In this document: positions 1-9,085 of the stretch, in pieces
How positions within the stretch are numbered: the first letter of the stretch is position 1
Layout of the letters: every line of letters starts with the position of its first letter
Origin: Leptolyngbyaceae cyanobacterium
GTDB taxonomy: Bacteria; Cyanobacteriota; Cyanobacteriia; Phormidesmidales; Phormidesmidaceae
Assembly (NCBI GenBank): GCA_965263355.1
Contig: CBDHHL010000032.1
Coordinates: forward strand, 2,400,001-2,464,000
Direction of reading: 5' to 3'
Length of the DNA stretch: 64,000 nt
Position numbers and translations under genes: made by a program
Notes under the pieces: generated by a model
Told to the model about the DNA's origin: nothing
Database searches by the model: none
Seen by the model: the letters and a program-made list of their open reading frames with translations, nothing else

Positions 1-2
1 GG

Positions 3-1757
3 CTAACCTCTTTTGGCGGACGTCTGTTTTGGGTAATTATGTTGGGTACCTTGGCTGGCATGGGTAGCATGGCATTTCTGTTTAGTGAAATGCTGAGACG
101 CCAGGCTGAGGATCAAGTGCGTAGTAGTATTGATAGTAAGGTTAATGCAATTGCATCTGTGACTGAATCAGCGGAAACCTTAGCTTATAGCCTGGGAGTC
201 AGTGCCGTTACTTTAAATGAGCGAAAAGCTCAGTATGCTGACACGTATCGAGAATTAGTTTTACAACTTTTTGAGCAACGTCCAGAATTTGTAGTGGGTT
301 TAGGATTAGGCCAGGCTAAAAATGGCATTATTGAAAATCAACCCTGGTTATTTCCCTATTATTCTGTAGTGAAATCTTCAGGAACAATAAATCCTGATGA
401 AGACACTATTCGCTATGAAAATTTAGCTGATAATGTCGGTGAGTTTTATCCAGACAGTAAACGTTACCAGATATATTTTGCTCCTCAAAAGAATGTCTGG
501 ACTGCACCTTACTCAAAGGACAATACGCGTCAGCTGACTTACTACTATCCTCTATTTAATAAAGATGGCCGCTGGATAGGAACTACCCTGGTAGATATTG
601 ATACAACCTATTTAAGCAAGCTGCTAGATGATGACGTTTTCCAAAAAGCTGGAAATTTTTTATTGCTGACCCGCTCAGGGCTGCTGATTGCGGATCCGAC
701 CAATCCCTTTACTAAAGTCGAAAACTATAAAAATATTGCAGGTATACCATCAATTCTCAAACAGCTTGACCAGAAAGAATCAGGCTTTTTTAGGGGAGAC
801 ACTGGTTATTGGGCTTATGCCACAGTACCTGGAAAAGACTGGGTATTGTTGGGGTTTGTTCCCCATGGGGCTATTTTTGGGCGAATTGTCAAGACAACTG
901 CGTTAATCACAGGCATTATCGGCCTCTTAATAGCGCTTGTGATTTATTTGGCGATTCGGAAACTAAACCAACGCATTAAACCTATCCTGCTTCAGGCAAA
1001 TCAGTTTGTTGATAATGATGAAACGCTGATGGCATCATTTACTCGTCACGATGAGCTGGAACAGTTATCGTTGTCATTTTTTAATATGCTCAATCAGCTT
1101 AACCAGCACCAGAAGACGATCTATGATCAAGCGGACATTATCGCCCAGAAAGATTTGCATGCCGATCAAGTAACCGAGAAATTTTTGACCTTCACAACGC
1201 AGGTTGTCGGAGATGCCGATAAACAGCAGGCACTAATTAAAAATATGCAACGACAACTGACTGATCAAGTTAATGATTATCAGTCAATCAATAGTCAATT
1301 AAATGCATTATTCACCCTAACTCAAATGTTAAGGAGGTTTCTGGAAAGCATTCCCACAGAAGCGGAAGCAGCCCGATTATTTGATTCCTTGGACCAGTGC
1401 ATGAGCCAGCTGACAGAAGTTTTGGAAAATTCTAGCCAAGCAAGTCAAGTGAAGGCTCAACCCTTAATGACTCGACTAATAACAGATATAGCTAATCTTA
1501 AGGTTTATTACCGACAGCAATATGTCTTGGAACAGCTACAACTTCAAACAAATAATATTAGTGAAGTTCGACAGGCCACGATCAATAAGTCTGAAGCAAT
1601 GGTGACCGCTGTTGCGGGTAATGACCAGATTTTGACGGAAATTGAGACCATTACCAAGACCCTGACTCGAGATGCTCAGCAGCTGTTGGATACGCTATGG
1701 GGAGATCTTCAACAGACAGATCTTCTTGAGTTAATCAGTCCTAAAATACCCCAGTAA
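3..1757 (+). CDS. Cache-domain/HAMP membrane sensor with a coiled-coil tail (degenerate MCP-like); probably 5'-truncated by the window edge
   Basis: The frame is open from base 3 (LTSFGGRLFWVIMLG...). It has TM1, a periplasmic dCache-like region (WTAPY...TYYYPLF...IGTTLVDI; YATVPGKDWVL), TM2 and a HAMP (HDELEQLSLSFFNML), then a coiled coil without the conserved MCP hairpin tip. Confidence 0.7.
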   Translation, partial: LTSFGGRLFWVIMLGTLAGMGSMAFLFSEMLRRQAEDQVRSSIDSKVNAIASVTESAETLAYSLGVSAVTLNERKAQYADTYRELVLQLFEQRPEFVVGLGLGQAKNGIIENQPWLFPYYSVVKSSGTINPDEDTIRYENLADNVGEFYPDSKRYQIYFAPQKNVWTAPYSKDNTRQLTYYYPLFNKDGRWIGTTLVDIDTTYLSKLLDDDVFQKAGNFLLLTRSGLLIADPTNPFTKVENYKNIAGIPSILKQLDQKESGFFRGDTGYWAYATVPGKDWVLLGFVPHGAIFGRIVKTTALITGIIGLLIALVIYLAIRKLNQRIKPILLQANQFVDNDETLMASFTRHDELEQLSLSFFNMLNQLNQHQKTIYDQADIIAQKDLHADQVTEKFLTFTTQVVGDADKQQALIKNMQRQLTDQVNDYQSINSQLNALFTLTQMLRRFLESIPTEAEAARLFDSLDQCMSQLTEVLENSSQASQVKAQPLMTRLITDIANLKVYYRQQYVLEQLQLQTNNISEVRQATINKSEAMVTAVAGNDQILTEIETITKTLTRDAQQLLDTLWGDLQQTDLLELISPKIPQ

Positions 1758-1797
1758 GCTGCACTGAATAATATGCATGGGGTAATCATTAGCTATT

Positions 1798-2250
1798 TTA
1801 ACGATGGAGGTTATGGATAACCCAATAGCTGATGGATAGGGATATGATTGCGATCGCAAGTCCAATTAAATTTATCCCTGACACTTTTCCCAGGTCCAAA
1901 ATAATAATTTTTCGAGCCACAGCAATTAGCGAAGTTACAATTACTAATTCAACCTGAACCACATGTTTTTTCAGGTAAGCTGTAATGTTTTCAAGGATTT
2001 CGAGGGCGATTAAAACACTTAAAAATAAACCAAAAATATTTTGAAGTATGTCAACAAAAAAGCCTTTAGGACTCGGATTAAAGAGTGCTGTTGACAAAAA
2101 TAGAATAAGATCCACCATAATTACCACAATTACAATCAACATCGCTATTGAGAGTAATTTTGAGACCAAACTTTCAAACTGATCGATACCTGTTGCAAAC
2201 CCTTCATCACTTGAACGCCAGCGAATATAACGCTTAAATCGCTTCAACAT
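1798..2250 (-). CDS. PsiE-like (phosphate-starvation-inducible E family) membrane protein
   Basis: Four hydrophobic segments and family-like motifs FGLFLSVLIALEILENITAYL and SLIAVARKIIILD. Confidence 0.85.
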   Translation of the reverse strand: MLKRFKRYIRWRSSDEGFATGIDQFESLVSKLLSIAMLIVIVVIMVDLILFLSTALFNPSPKGFFVDILQNIFGLFLSVLIALEILENITAYLKKHVVQVELVIVTSLIAVARKIIILDLGKVSGINLIGLAIAIISLSISYWVIHNLHR

Positions 2251-2255
2251 TAATT

Positions 2256-2289
2256 TTTAGACTAAACTGCTTGAATAATTTAGTCTAAA
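2256..2289. promoter_or_regulatory. Perfect 11-bp inverted repeat immediately upstream of the psiE-like start codon
   Basis: TTTAGACTAAA (2256-2266), a 12-nt spacer, then TTTAGTCTAAA (2279-2289). Confidence 0.45.
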
Positions 2290-2772
2290 TCTCCGGTGAA
2301 ATATTTTTATGTCAGTTTACTCAGGCCAGAATTTTTTGAGGATGAAGAGCAATGTCAATCGAACCTTCATTTGTTAAAAAATTAAATTTAAACTTAAGGA
2401 ATACTAAGTTGTCTTTTTACTTAGAAACATCACAATCTGAGGAGAGGCAGCGTTTCTAAATCACGTCCAAGTTGAAACCTGGAGCTTCCTCTACGGCAAA
2501 ACTACAGTTCTGGAAGTGGTCAAGGTTTAAACAATAATGCTTTGAAGTAAAGGTTGATATTTTCTTCTCAAATAAAAACCTATATTAATTTACTTGTAAT
2601 TAACTTGAGTCTGTCTGAAGTAGAAATTATGATCAACAATAATTAAATTGATAACTAAGTAGATGATGGGCTTAAGTCTGTTTAGTGTAAATGCTTAAGA
2701 TTTAAAGCCTATATGCTTAGTTTTGTTTAGACGGGAGTTGTATTCTTTGTTCAAAGAATACTGTTGGCAGTT

Positions 2773-2901
2773 ATGATCTTGTGGCTATTTTTTGCTTTTT
2801 TCTCAGGCCTTATCTTTATCGACTACCAGTTTAATGACTGGGAATCTGAATCTATAAAGCAAACTCCTATAGCTGTCCATAGGCCTGAGCAGCGACCTTA
2901 G
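2773..2901 (+). CDS. Candidate small single-TM protein (42 aa from the ATG; below the ORF-track cutoff)
   Basis: MILWLFFAFFSGLIFIDYQFNDWESESIKQTPIAVHRPEQRP*. The frame is open back to 2731 and the hydrophobic stretch extends upstream (RILLAV), so the start is uncertain. Confidence 0.35.
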   Translation: MILWLFFAFFSGLIFIDYQFNDWESESIKQTPIAVHRPEQRP

Positions 2902-3034
2902 TATACCAAACTATCTTTTTGCAAATACAAGTGTTTGCTCGACTGTAAAATATTGACTCTCCTCAGCTGTCACTTCAAGCTGAGGATAACAAGGATATTA
3001 AATAACACATTACTTTTAAATCAGTACCTATCGG

Positions 3035-3215
3035 AAGTATCAACGTCAAGCGGGACGATTTTCTCGATAATAATGTAGGGTTTGGAATACTCTTCGAGAA
3101 TATTAGGGGCGAACGCGAAAGACAAGGCTCTACAAAATGCACACCCTTCTCGAATTCCGACTTTCGAATTCCGCATTCTGACTTAGCCGAAATTTCCCGA
3201 AGTAAGTTGAGCCCC
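3035..3215. mobile_element. Decayed MITE, GGGTRTCAACTTAAG-type terminal inverted repeat (TIR) family
   Basis: Left end AAGTATCAACGTCAAGCGGGA; right end TTCCCGAAGTAAGTTGAGCCCC. Flanks CCTATCGG / CCCATCGG (7 of 8 match, candidate target-site duplication, TSD). Internal GAATTCCG-type short repeats. Confidence 0.55.
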
Positions 3216-3301
3216 CCCATCGGTATTGAATGTTGACTTGTTTTGAGCGCTGGGTACTTTAATGTACAGGCCGCTGCAAGCAGCAAACATCCTAGGGTAA
3301 A

Positions 3302-5698
3302 ATGATAATATTGGGCAGAAACACATCGATAGGGCATGCAGTGTTCCTGACTGTCCTCCTGTTGAGGCTGTTTCAGCCTAAAGCTGCAAAAGCGCAAGTC
3401 ATCACCCCAGCTAACGATGACACGGGTACAACCGTTACTCAAAATGGAGAATTCTTTGATATCAGTGCGGGCAGTTTATCGACAGATGGCCATAATCTTT
3501 TTCATCATTTTCGCACATTTCAGCTTACCAGCGGCCACACTGCTAACTTTTTAGTCGACCCATCAATTCAGAGAATTTTTGCTCGTATCGGTGGAAATAA
3601 CAATGCGTTTATTGACGGTAAATTACAAATTTTAGGTGGTCAGGCTGACCTCTTTTTACTAAACCCTGCCGGAATTATCTTTGGCCCTAATGCCATTTTA
3701 AACCTGCCTGCTGATCTCACAGTCACAACTGCAAGTCATATTGAATTTAAAGATGGTAGCTTTAATGCGTTTGGCACCAATAGCTATGGCACATTAATAG
3801 GCAGTCCTACTGCATTTGCATTTGGCCAATTAGGTACCATCCACAACGAAGGAGACTTAACACTACTCCCTGGTCACTCCCTGACACTATTGGGAGGCTC
3901 AGTTATTAATACTGGAAACCTGACAGCGGAAACTATCCAAATTAAAGAAGTTTCCGAAGGAGAGATTATCCAAGTGAGTCAAACGGGTTCTTTACTGAAT
4001 CTAGAATTTTCTGGAGACGTGTTTCAAGGAGACTCCACTGACGGTGACTTGACAACACTGCCTGCCCTTCTAACTAATAATCATGATGTCGAGCATGCAA
4101 ATCAAATTTTCACGGCTCCTGATGGTCAGCTATTCTTAACTGAGTCATCTTCGCCTACAGGCGTGACAAAAGACAGTGCGGCAGGAAATACAACAGCCCC
4201 AGATTCTCAATTCTCCTACCAAAACCAAGAATCTGGTTTGCTGTCTTCTGAACAAGATATACTCTCAAATAATAATTCTATAGAAGACGAAGCCTCGTCC
4301 TCTGAGAGAGAGATATTTTCAAGTAATCGCGCTATAAAAGCCGAAGCCCTGTCCTCTGAGACAGATACTGAAGTCGAATCAGACGAAACTCATCGTCCAC
4401 CACCGCCTGGGATTGCCCAACATCATTTCCATCGCACTGTTTTAAATACGGTCAATGCCAGTGCTGCACTAGAAGACGCTGAAGAGCAGCGTAACCTAGA
4501 CTTTTCTACTTATTTTGGCCGTAACCTGCAGGCAAAAGAATTAACCTTACCGGAAATTCAACAATTACTGACTCAAGTCGAGTCGGCAACTGGTAATCAA
4601 TCAATTATTGTTTACACTAAAGCCCCAAAACCATCGACAGACATAACCCAACAAGCTTCCACAAAGCTTGAACTCCTAATCTTCAAATCCAGCGGTGAAC
4701 CAATCAATTTAGAAATTTCTAATGTTAGTCAAGACGATCTTTTCCAAACCGTTGAACAATTTCGTCGGGCGTTAATTTCCTCATCAAGAGTAGGCTCTAA
4801 ACGCTATTTGCCGTCTGCCCAACGGTTGTATCAATGGCTGATTAGCCCCATTGAGGATGAGCTAGGCTCAGACCAAATCAATACCATTCTGTTTTCCATG
4901 GATTCAGGTCTACGTAGTCTGCCGATAGCTGCTCTACATGATGGTCAACAGTTTCTGATCGAAAAATACAGTGTTGGCATGGTGCCTTCCCTGGGGCTAA
5001 TGCAACCTAACTATCACCCCCTCGACAAAGCCCAAGTTTTAGCCATGGGAGCCAGTTCATTTACAGACTTACAACCCTTACCTGCAGTACCTACTGAGCT
5101 GGAGCATATTGGAAAACTATGGCCAAGTAGAGGTTTTCTCAACGAAATGTTTACACGAGAGAATCTTATCAATCAACAGAAGCGCGCACCTGCCCAAATT
5201 ATCCATCTTGCTACCCATGCTGAATTTAATCGAGGTAATGCGGACCAATCGTTTATTCAACTCTGGGATGAACAGCTTCATTTAAGCGATATTCACACCC
5301 TTGGTTGGGATCAACCGACTGTAGATCTATTAGTTCTCTCTGCCTGTCGCACGGCTTTGGGCAATACCAATGCCGAAATGGGATTTGCTGGCTTAGCCGT
5401 GGCAGCAGGGGTAAAATCAGCCCTGGCCAGTCTTTGGGCTGTCAGTGATGTGGGCACCCTGGCCTTAATGACCGAATTTTATCACCAACTGCAGCAGAAC
5501 CAAGTAAAGTCGGAAGCATTGCGAGCTACTCAGTTAGCTATGCTCAATGCTGAAATCCGGATTGAATCAGGTCAATTACTTGGCAACGTCACTCGCAGTG
5601 CAGTAACACTCCCCTTTGAACTGAGTCAGTTAGAAAATGTTAACTTTTCTCATCCTTACTATTGGGCTGGTTTCACCATGATTGGTAACCCTTGGTAA
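3302..5698 (+). CDS. Filamentous haemagglutinin N-terminal (TPS) domain plus CHAT (caspase-like) domain protein
   Basis: Signal-peptide-like N-terminus ending AKAQ; TPS motifs NLFHHF and LFLLNPAGIIFGPNA; CHAT dyad motifs IHLATHAEF and LVLSACRTA; C-terminal HPYYWAGFTMIGNPW. The start may be GTG 3341. Confidence 0.9.
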   Translation: MIILGRNTSIGHAVFLTVLLLRLFQPKAAKAQVITPANDDTGTTVTQNGEFFDISAGSLSTDGHNLFHHFRTFQLTSGHTANFLVDPSIQRIFARIGGNNNAFIDGKLQILGGQADLFLLNPAGIIFGPNAILNLPADLTVTTASHIEFKDGSFNAFGTNSYGTLIGSPTAFAFGQLGTIHNEGDLTLLPGHSLTLLGGSVINTGNLTAETIQIKEVSEGEIIQVSQTGSLLNLEFSGDVFQGDSTDGDLTTLPALLTNNHDVEHANQIFTAPDGQLFLTESSSPTGVTKDSAAGNTTAPDSQFSYQNQESGLLSSEQDILSNNNSIEDEASSSEREIFSSNRAIKAEALSSETDTEVESDETHRPPPPGIAQHHFHRTVLNTVNASAALEDAEEQRNLDFSTYFGRNLQAKELTLPEIQQLLTQVESATGNQSIIVYTKAPKPSTDITQQASTKLELLIFKSSGEPINLEISNVSQDDLFQTVEQFRRALISSSRVGSKRYLPSAQRLYQWLISPIEDELGSDQINTILFSMDSGLRSLPIAALHDGQQFLIEKYSVGMVPSLGLMQPNYHPLDKAQVLAMGASSFTDLQPLPAVPTELEHIGKLWPSRGFLNEMFTRENLINQQKRAPAQIIHLATHAEFNRGNADQSFIQLWDEQLHLSDIHTLGWDQPTVDLLVLSACRTALGNTNAEMGFAGLAVAAGVKSALASLWAVSDVGTLALMTEFYHQLQQNQVKSEALRATQLAMLNAEIRIESGQLLGNVTRSAVTLPFELSQLENVNFSHPYYWAGFTMIGNPW
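4241..4369 (+). repeat. In-frame degenerate 54-bp (18-aa) tandem repeat, about 2.4 copies
   Basis: Units start at 4241 (CTGTCTTCTGAA), 4295 (TCGTCCTCTGAG) and 4349 (CTGTCCTCTGAG), giving LSSEQDILSNNNSIEDEA / SSSEREIFSSNRAIKAEA / LSSETDT. Confidence 0.7.
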
Positions 5699-5703
5699 CC
5701 TCA

Positions 5704-6912
5704 CTAATCACACCTACGTTCGCTACCGTCTGGCATAATTGCACCACAAAGATTAGTGCGAATATCAAAATTAATGCCTTCTAGGGTTGCTTGTTGAAGA
5801 TTAGCACCAGCCAGATTAGCGCCAGAGAAATCCGTAAAACTCAGATCGGCTCCTTGAAAATTAACACCGCTCAGGTTGCTGTTAACAAATTTGACCTGGC
5901 GCAAATTACTACCACTCAGGTCAGTGCCCCTTAAATCCAAATTACTCAGGTCTGACCCCGCTAAATCAGAGTTGATCAGTCGGATGCCAGCTGGCATCAC
6001 ATCTCGCAATTGGGAGGCTGCAAATTGAGTGTCTGTAAAATCAGCACCTTGAAGATTGGCCCTAGTAAGATCAATGCCATCGAGGGTAGCTGCGCGAAAA
6101 TCAGCTACGAGAAGATTGGCCTTGCGCAATCGAGCATCGGTTAAATCTGCCTGGGTTAAAAAAGCGCCTGTCAGGTCGGCTCGGGTTAAATCGACTCCAA
6201 TGAGAATAGCACTGTCAAGGTAGGTCAGTGCCAGATCAGCCTGGTTTAAATTGGCTCCAGAAAAATTAGCTAGACGAGCATCAGCAGCTCGCAAACTACC
6301 GTGCTGAAATTGGCTTTCTGATAGATTAGCTCCTTGCAAATTGGCAATAAAAAAGCTGGTTTCGTCTAGGTGAGCGTGATTAAAAATACTGTCGCTCAAA
6401 AATGTTCCTTCAAAGCTGGAACCAGTCAGAATTGCTCCGGTCAAATCAGCGCCACGGAGATCGGCTCCATCTAAGTTAGCCCCTCGTAAATCTATGCCAC
6501 GCAGATCGTGCTCACCTAAACCATGGGTCACTAGGTCCCAAACCAGCCGCCAACGGTCATCAATAATTGTCCGTTGGTCTAAATTAGCATTGGCCAATTG
6601 CGCCCCTTCTAGCTGTGCTCCAAACAGGTTGGCATTGCTGAGATTGGCATTGCGCAGGTCGGCTCCACTCAGATTAGCCTGAAAAAGAAAGGCTCCCTGT
6701 AAATCAACACCGTTGAGATCCGCGCCTGCTAAGTTAGCTCTTCGCAGATTGGCCTGTTGTAGAAATAGACCGCGTAAGTCGGCAGCTCGCAGATCACAGC
6801 GAGGACATTGGCGAGTTTCTTGAAGTTGTTTGAGATCCTTTTGGCTAAAGGCATAACCGGGTAAACCGGTAAGTGATAGAAATACTGCCAGACCGATTAT
6901 TAAAGGTTTCAT
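5704..6912 (-). CDS. Exported pentapeptide-repeat protein
   Basis: Signal peptide (MKPLII...GYA), CPRCDL cap, long A(D/N)LxG repeats, C-terminal LCGAIMPDG. Confidence 0.92.
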   Translation of the reverse strand: MKPLIIGLAVFLSLTGLPGYAFSQKDLKQLQETRQCPRCDLRAADLRGLFLQQANLRRANLAGADLNGVDLQGAFLFQANLSGADLRNANLSNANLFGAQLEGAQLANANLDQRTIIDDRWRLVWDLVTHGLGEHDLRGIDLRGANLDGADLRGADLTGAILTGSSFEGTFLSDSIFNHAHLDETSFFIANLQGANLSESQFQHGSLRAADARLANFSGANLNQADLALTYLDSAILIGVDLTRADLTGAFLTQADLTDARLRKANLLVADFRAATLDGIDLTRANLQGADFTDTQFAASQLRDVMPAGIRLINSDLAGSDLSNLDLRGTDLSGSNLRQVKFVNSNLSGVNFQGADLSFTDFSGANLAGANLQQATLEGINFDIRTNLCGAIMPDGSERRCD

Positions 6913-7072
6913 AACAAAAAAATTCTATCTACCCTAAGTTGCCCAATTCCTTGCCAAGATCCCGGGATTCTTCTTAAATCCCCGAGTACCAAATTTTGGA
7001 CAAAATTTGGTACTCGGGCTTCTCCTGAGAATCTGGGAATTGAGTAGGGCACTCTAGCTGCACAGACAAAAA

Positions 7073-8770
7073 TTGATGTATATCATGTCGCTTCTGTGGT
7101 TCAATCGCTTGATTTCTAGTCTTGTTCTCAGCACAGCACTCGTTTCCATTTCTCCTGTGCTGGCTCAACCGACCGCCTTTGATGCATTAGAAGATATTAC
7201 GTATTGGAGAGATTTGTGTCGTCTGCAGGCGGCAGCAGGTGAGTATGAAAAGGCTCTGACAGCCTGTGAACAGGCTATTGCTCTAGAACCAGAAAATCCT
7301 GATATTTGGGCCCAACATAGCGGTATTTTGGTAAACCTGAAAGCGTTTGCGGATGCGATCGCATCCGCAAATCGAGCCCTTACCTTTGATCCTGAGAACT
7401 CCCTGGCCATTGTCTACCAATGTGTGGCCTACACAGGTCTAGGCGAAAGTGAAACCGCCCTGGATAAATGCAACAATGCATTAAGAGTTAATGGTAACTG
7501 GGGTAGCGAGAACCCTGCGTTAGCATGGTTCTACCGTGGTGAGATTTTGGCCCAGGCAAAACAGTATGAGTTAGCCCTGGTGGCCTATGAACGTACGCTG
7601 TTGCAAGAACCAGAAAATTCGCTAGTTTTAACCCGCCAATGTGAAGTCTATGTAGCCCTTGAACAGCCTCAAGGGGCTCTAAAGGCCTGTGAGTCGGCCC
7701 TGGCAATGGACCAAAACTGGGGGGACATAGGACCTGCCCTTGCCTGGACCTATCGAGGGCAGGCCCACACCCAGCTAAGCCAGTATGACCCGGCCATTTT
7801 TGCCTATGACCAGGCCATTGGCTTTGACCCCACAAACGCTCTTACCTGGGCGGCCCAGGGGCAGGTACTAGAGACACTGCACCGTGATCAGGAGGCGTTG
7901 GTTTCCTACAACCAGGCGGTGGCTATTAAGGCGGATTACTCTCTGGCACTGTTAGGGCAGTGTGCGTTACTCAATCGGCTGGGTAGCTATGAACCGGCGT
8001 TAGCGGCCTGTGATGCGGCCATTGGGGGCGATGGCGACTGGGGTAACCAACCCCTGGCTAGGAGTTGGAATGAACGCAGCATTGCCCTAATGGGGACTCA
8101 ACAATATGAAGAAGCCCTGGCTTCGATTAATCGAGCGGTGGGGATTCAACCGGACTATGTGGCGGCCCACAACCACCGGAGTACAGTTCTTTGGTATTTG
8201 GGACGTTACACAGAAGCCCTGGCCGCCAACCAGCAGGCGCTCAACCTGGACAAGACCTATGCCCCTGCCTGGTTTACCCGAGGGATAATTTTTCGGGCCA
8301 CAGAACAGTACCCCCATGCGCTGGCGGCCTATAACCAGGCGCTGGCGTTAAATCCTTTTAACGACTGGGGCTGGACAAATCGTAGTCTGGTGCTTTGGGA
8401 ATTAGAACAATATGGCGAAGCGTTAAACTCTGCAGACCGGGCAATTGCCCTGAATTCAACATCGGTTCAGGCCTGGTACAACAAGGGAGTGGCCTTGTCT
8501 GCAATGGGGGAATATGAGGGGGCGATCGCAACCTATGACAAAGTCCTCACCCTTGATGCCGCCCATGCCGAGGCTCTAACTGGACGCGGCATCGCCTGGT
8601 TTCATCTGAATGACCATGCAGCCGCTACTGCCGATCTAGAAGCAGCTTTGGCCCTGAATCCTGATGATATCCTTGCCCAAGATACGTTAACAGCATTGGC
8701 AAGTACCCAAATAGAGTCCCCAGCTGCTGCTGAGACATTGCCAGTACCGCCCCCACCTCCACCCTATTAG
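7073..8770 (+). CDS. Exported tetratricopeptide-repeat protein
   Basis: Signal peptide ending PVLA-Q; about 14 TPR units (e.g. AWYNKGVALSAMGEYEGAIATYDKVL); poly-Pro tail. Confidence 0.9.
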   Translation: MMYIMSLLWFNRLISSLVLSTALVSISPVLAQPTAFDALEDITYWRDLCRLQAAAGEYEKALTACEQAIALEPENPDIWAQHSGILVNLKAFADAIASANRALTFDPENSLAIVYQCVAYTGLGESETALDKCNNALRVNGNWGSENPALAWFYRGEILAQAKQYELALVAYERTLLQEPENSLVLTRQCEVYVALEQPQGALKACESALAMDQNWGDIGPALAWTYRGQAHTQLSQYDPAIFAYDQAIGFDPTNALTWAAQGQVLETLHRDQEALVSYNQAVAIKADYSLALLGQCALLNRLGSYEPALAACDAAIGGDGDWGNQPLARSWNERSIALMGTQQYEEALASINRAVGIQPDYVAAHNHRSTVLWYLGRYTEALAANQQALNLDKTYAPAWFTRGIIFRATEQYPHALAAYNQALALNPFNDWGWTNRSLVLWELEQYGEALNSADRAIALNSTSVQAWYNKGVALSAMGEYEGAIATYDKVLTLDAAHAEALTGRGIAWFHLNDHAAATADLEAALALNPDDILAQDTLTALASTQIESPAAAETLPVPPPPPPY

Positions 8771-8844
8771 CGGTAGGGGCATAACTTTGTGTCGCCCTTA
8801 GAGGTATGACCTTACAGCGCGTAACACATGCAATGCCCCTACCG
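8771..8844. repeat. GTAG-type REP-like palindrome pair
   Basis: CGGTAGGGGCAT (8771-8782) and ATGCCCCTACCG (8833-8844) form a perfect 12-bp inverted repeat directly after the TPR stop codon. Confidence 0.65.
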
Positions 8845-9085
8845 GGGGGAACCACATTATCGCTGTTCATAAAATCCACTGTGGTATTGTAGGGAAAAAT
8901 TCGTAAAGATTCAGCACGGATTTTCATGTTGAAAAAAGGCCCCTAATTATAAGGGTTATGAGGAAGCATCTACTGCGAACCTGAACTTTCGATTCCCCAT
9001 CCAAGGGACCGGTTGATTTTGAAACGGTTCAAGTGCGCTCAGCAATATGGGCAAATGACGTTTCTTTTTCATCGAAGTGGTAGAT

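Noticed and set aside
2370..2400. Possible Pho box upstream of the psiE-like gene
   Set aside because: AT-rich TTAA units do not keep 11-bp phasing.
2975..3442. 155-aa minus-strand ORF
   Set aside because: It runs through a MITE (heptamer-derived KSECGIRKSEF) and overlaps the TpsA-CHAT start.
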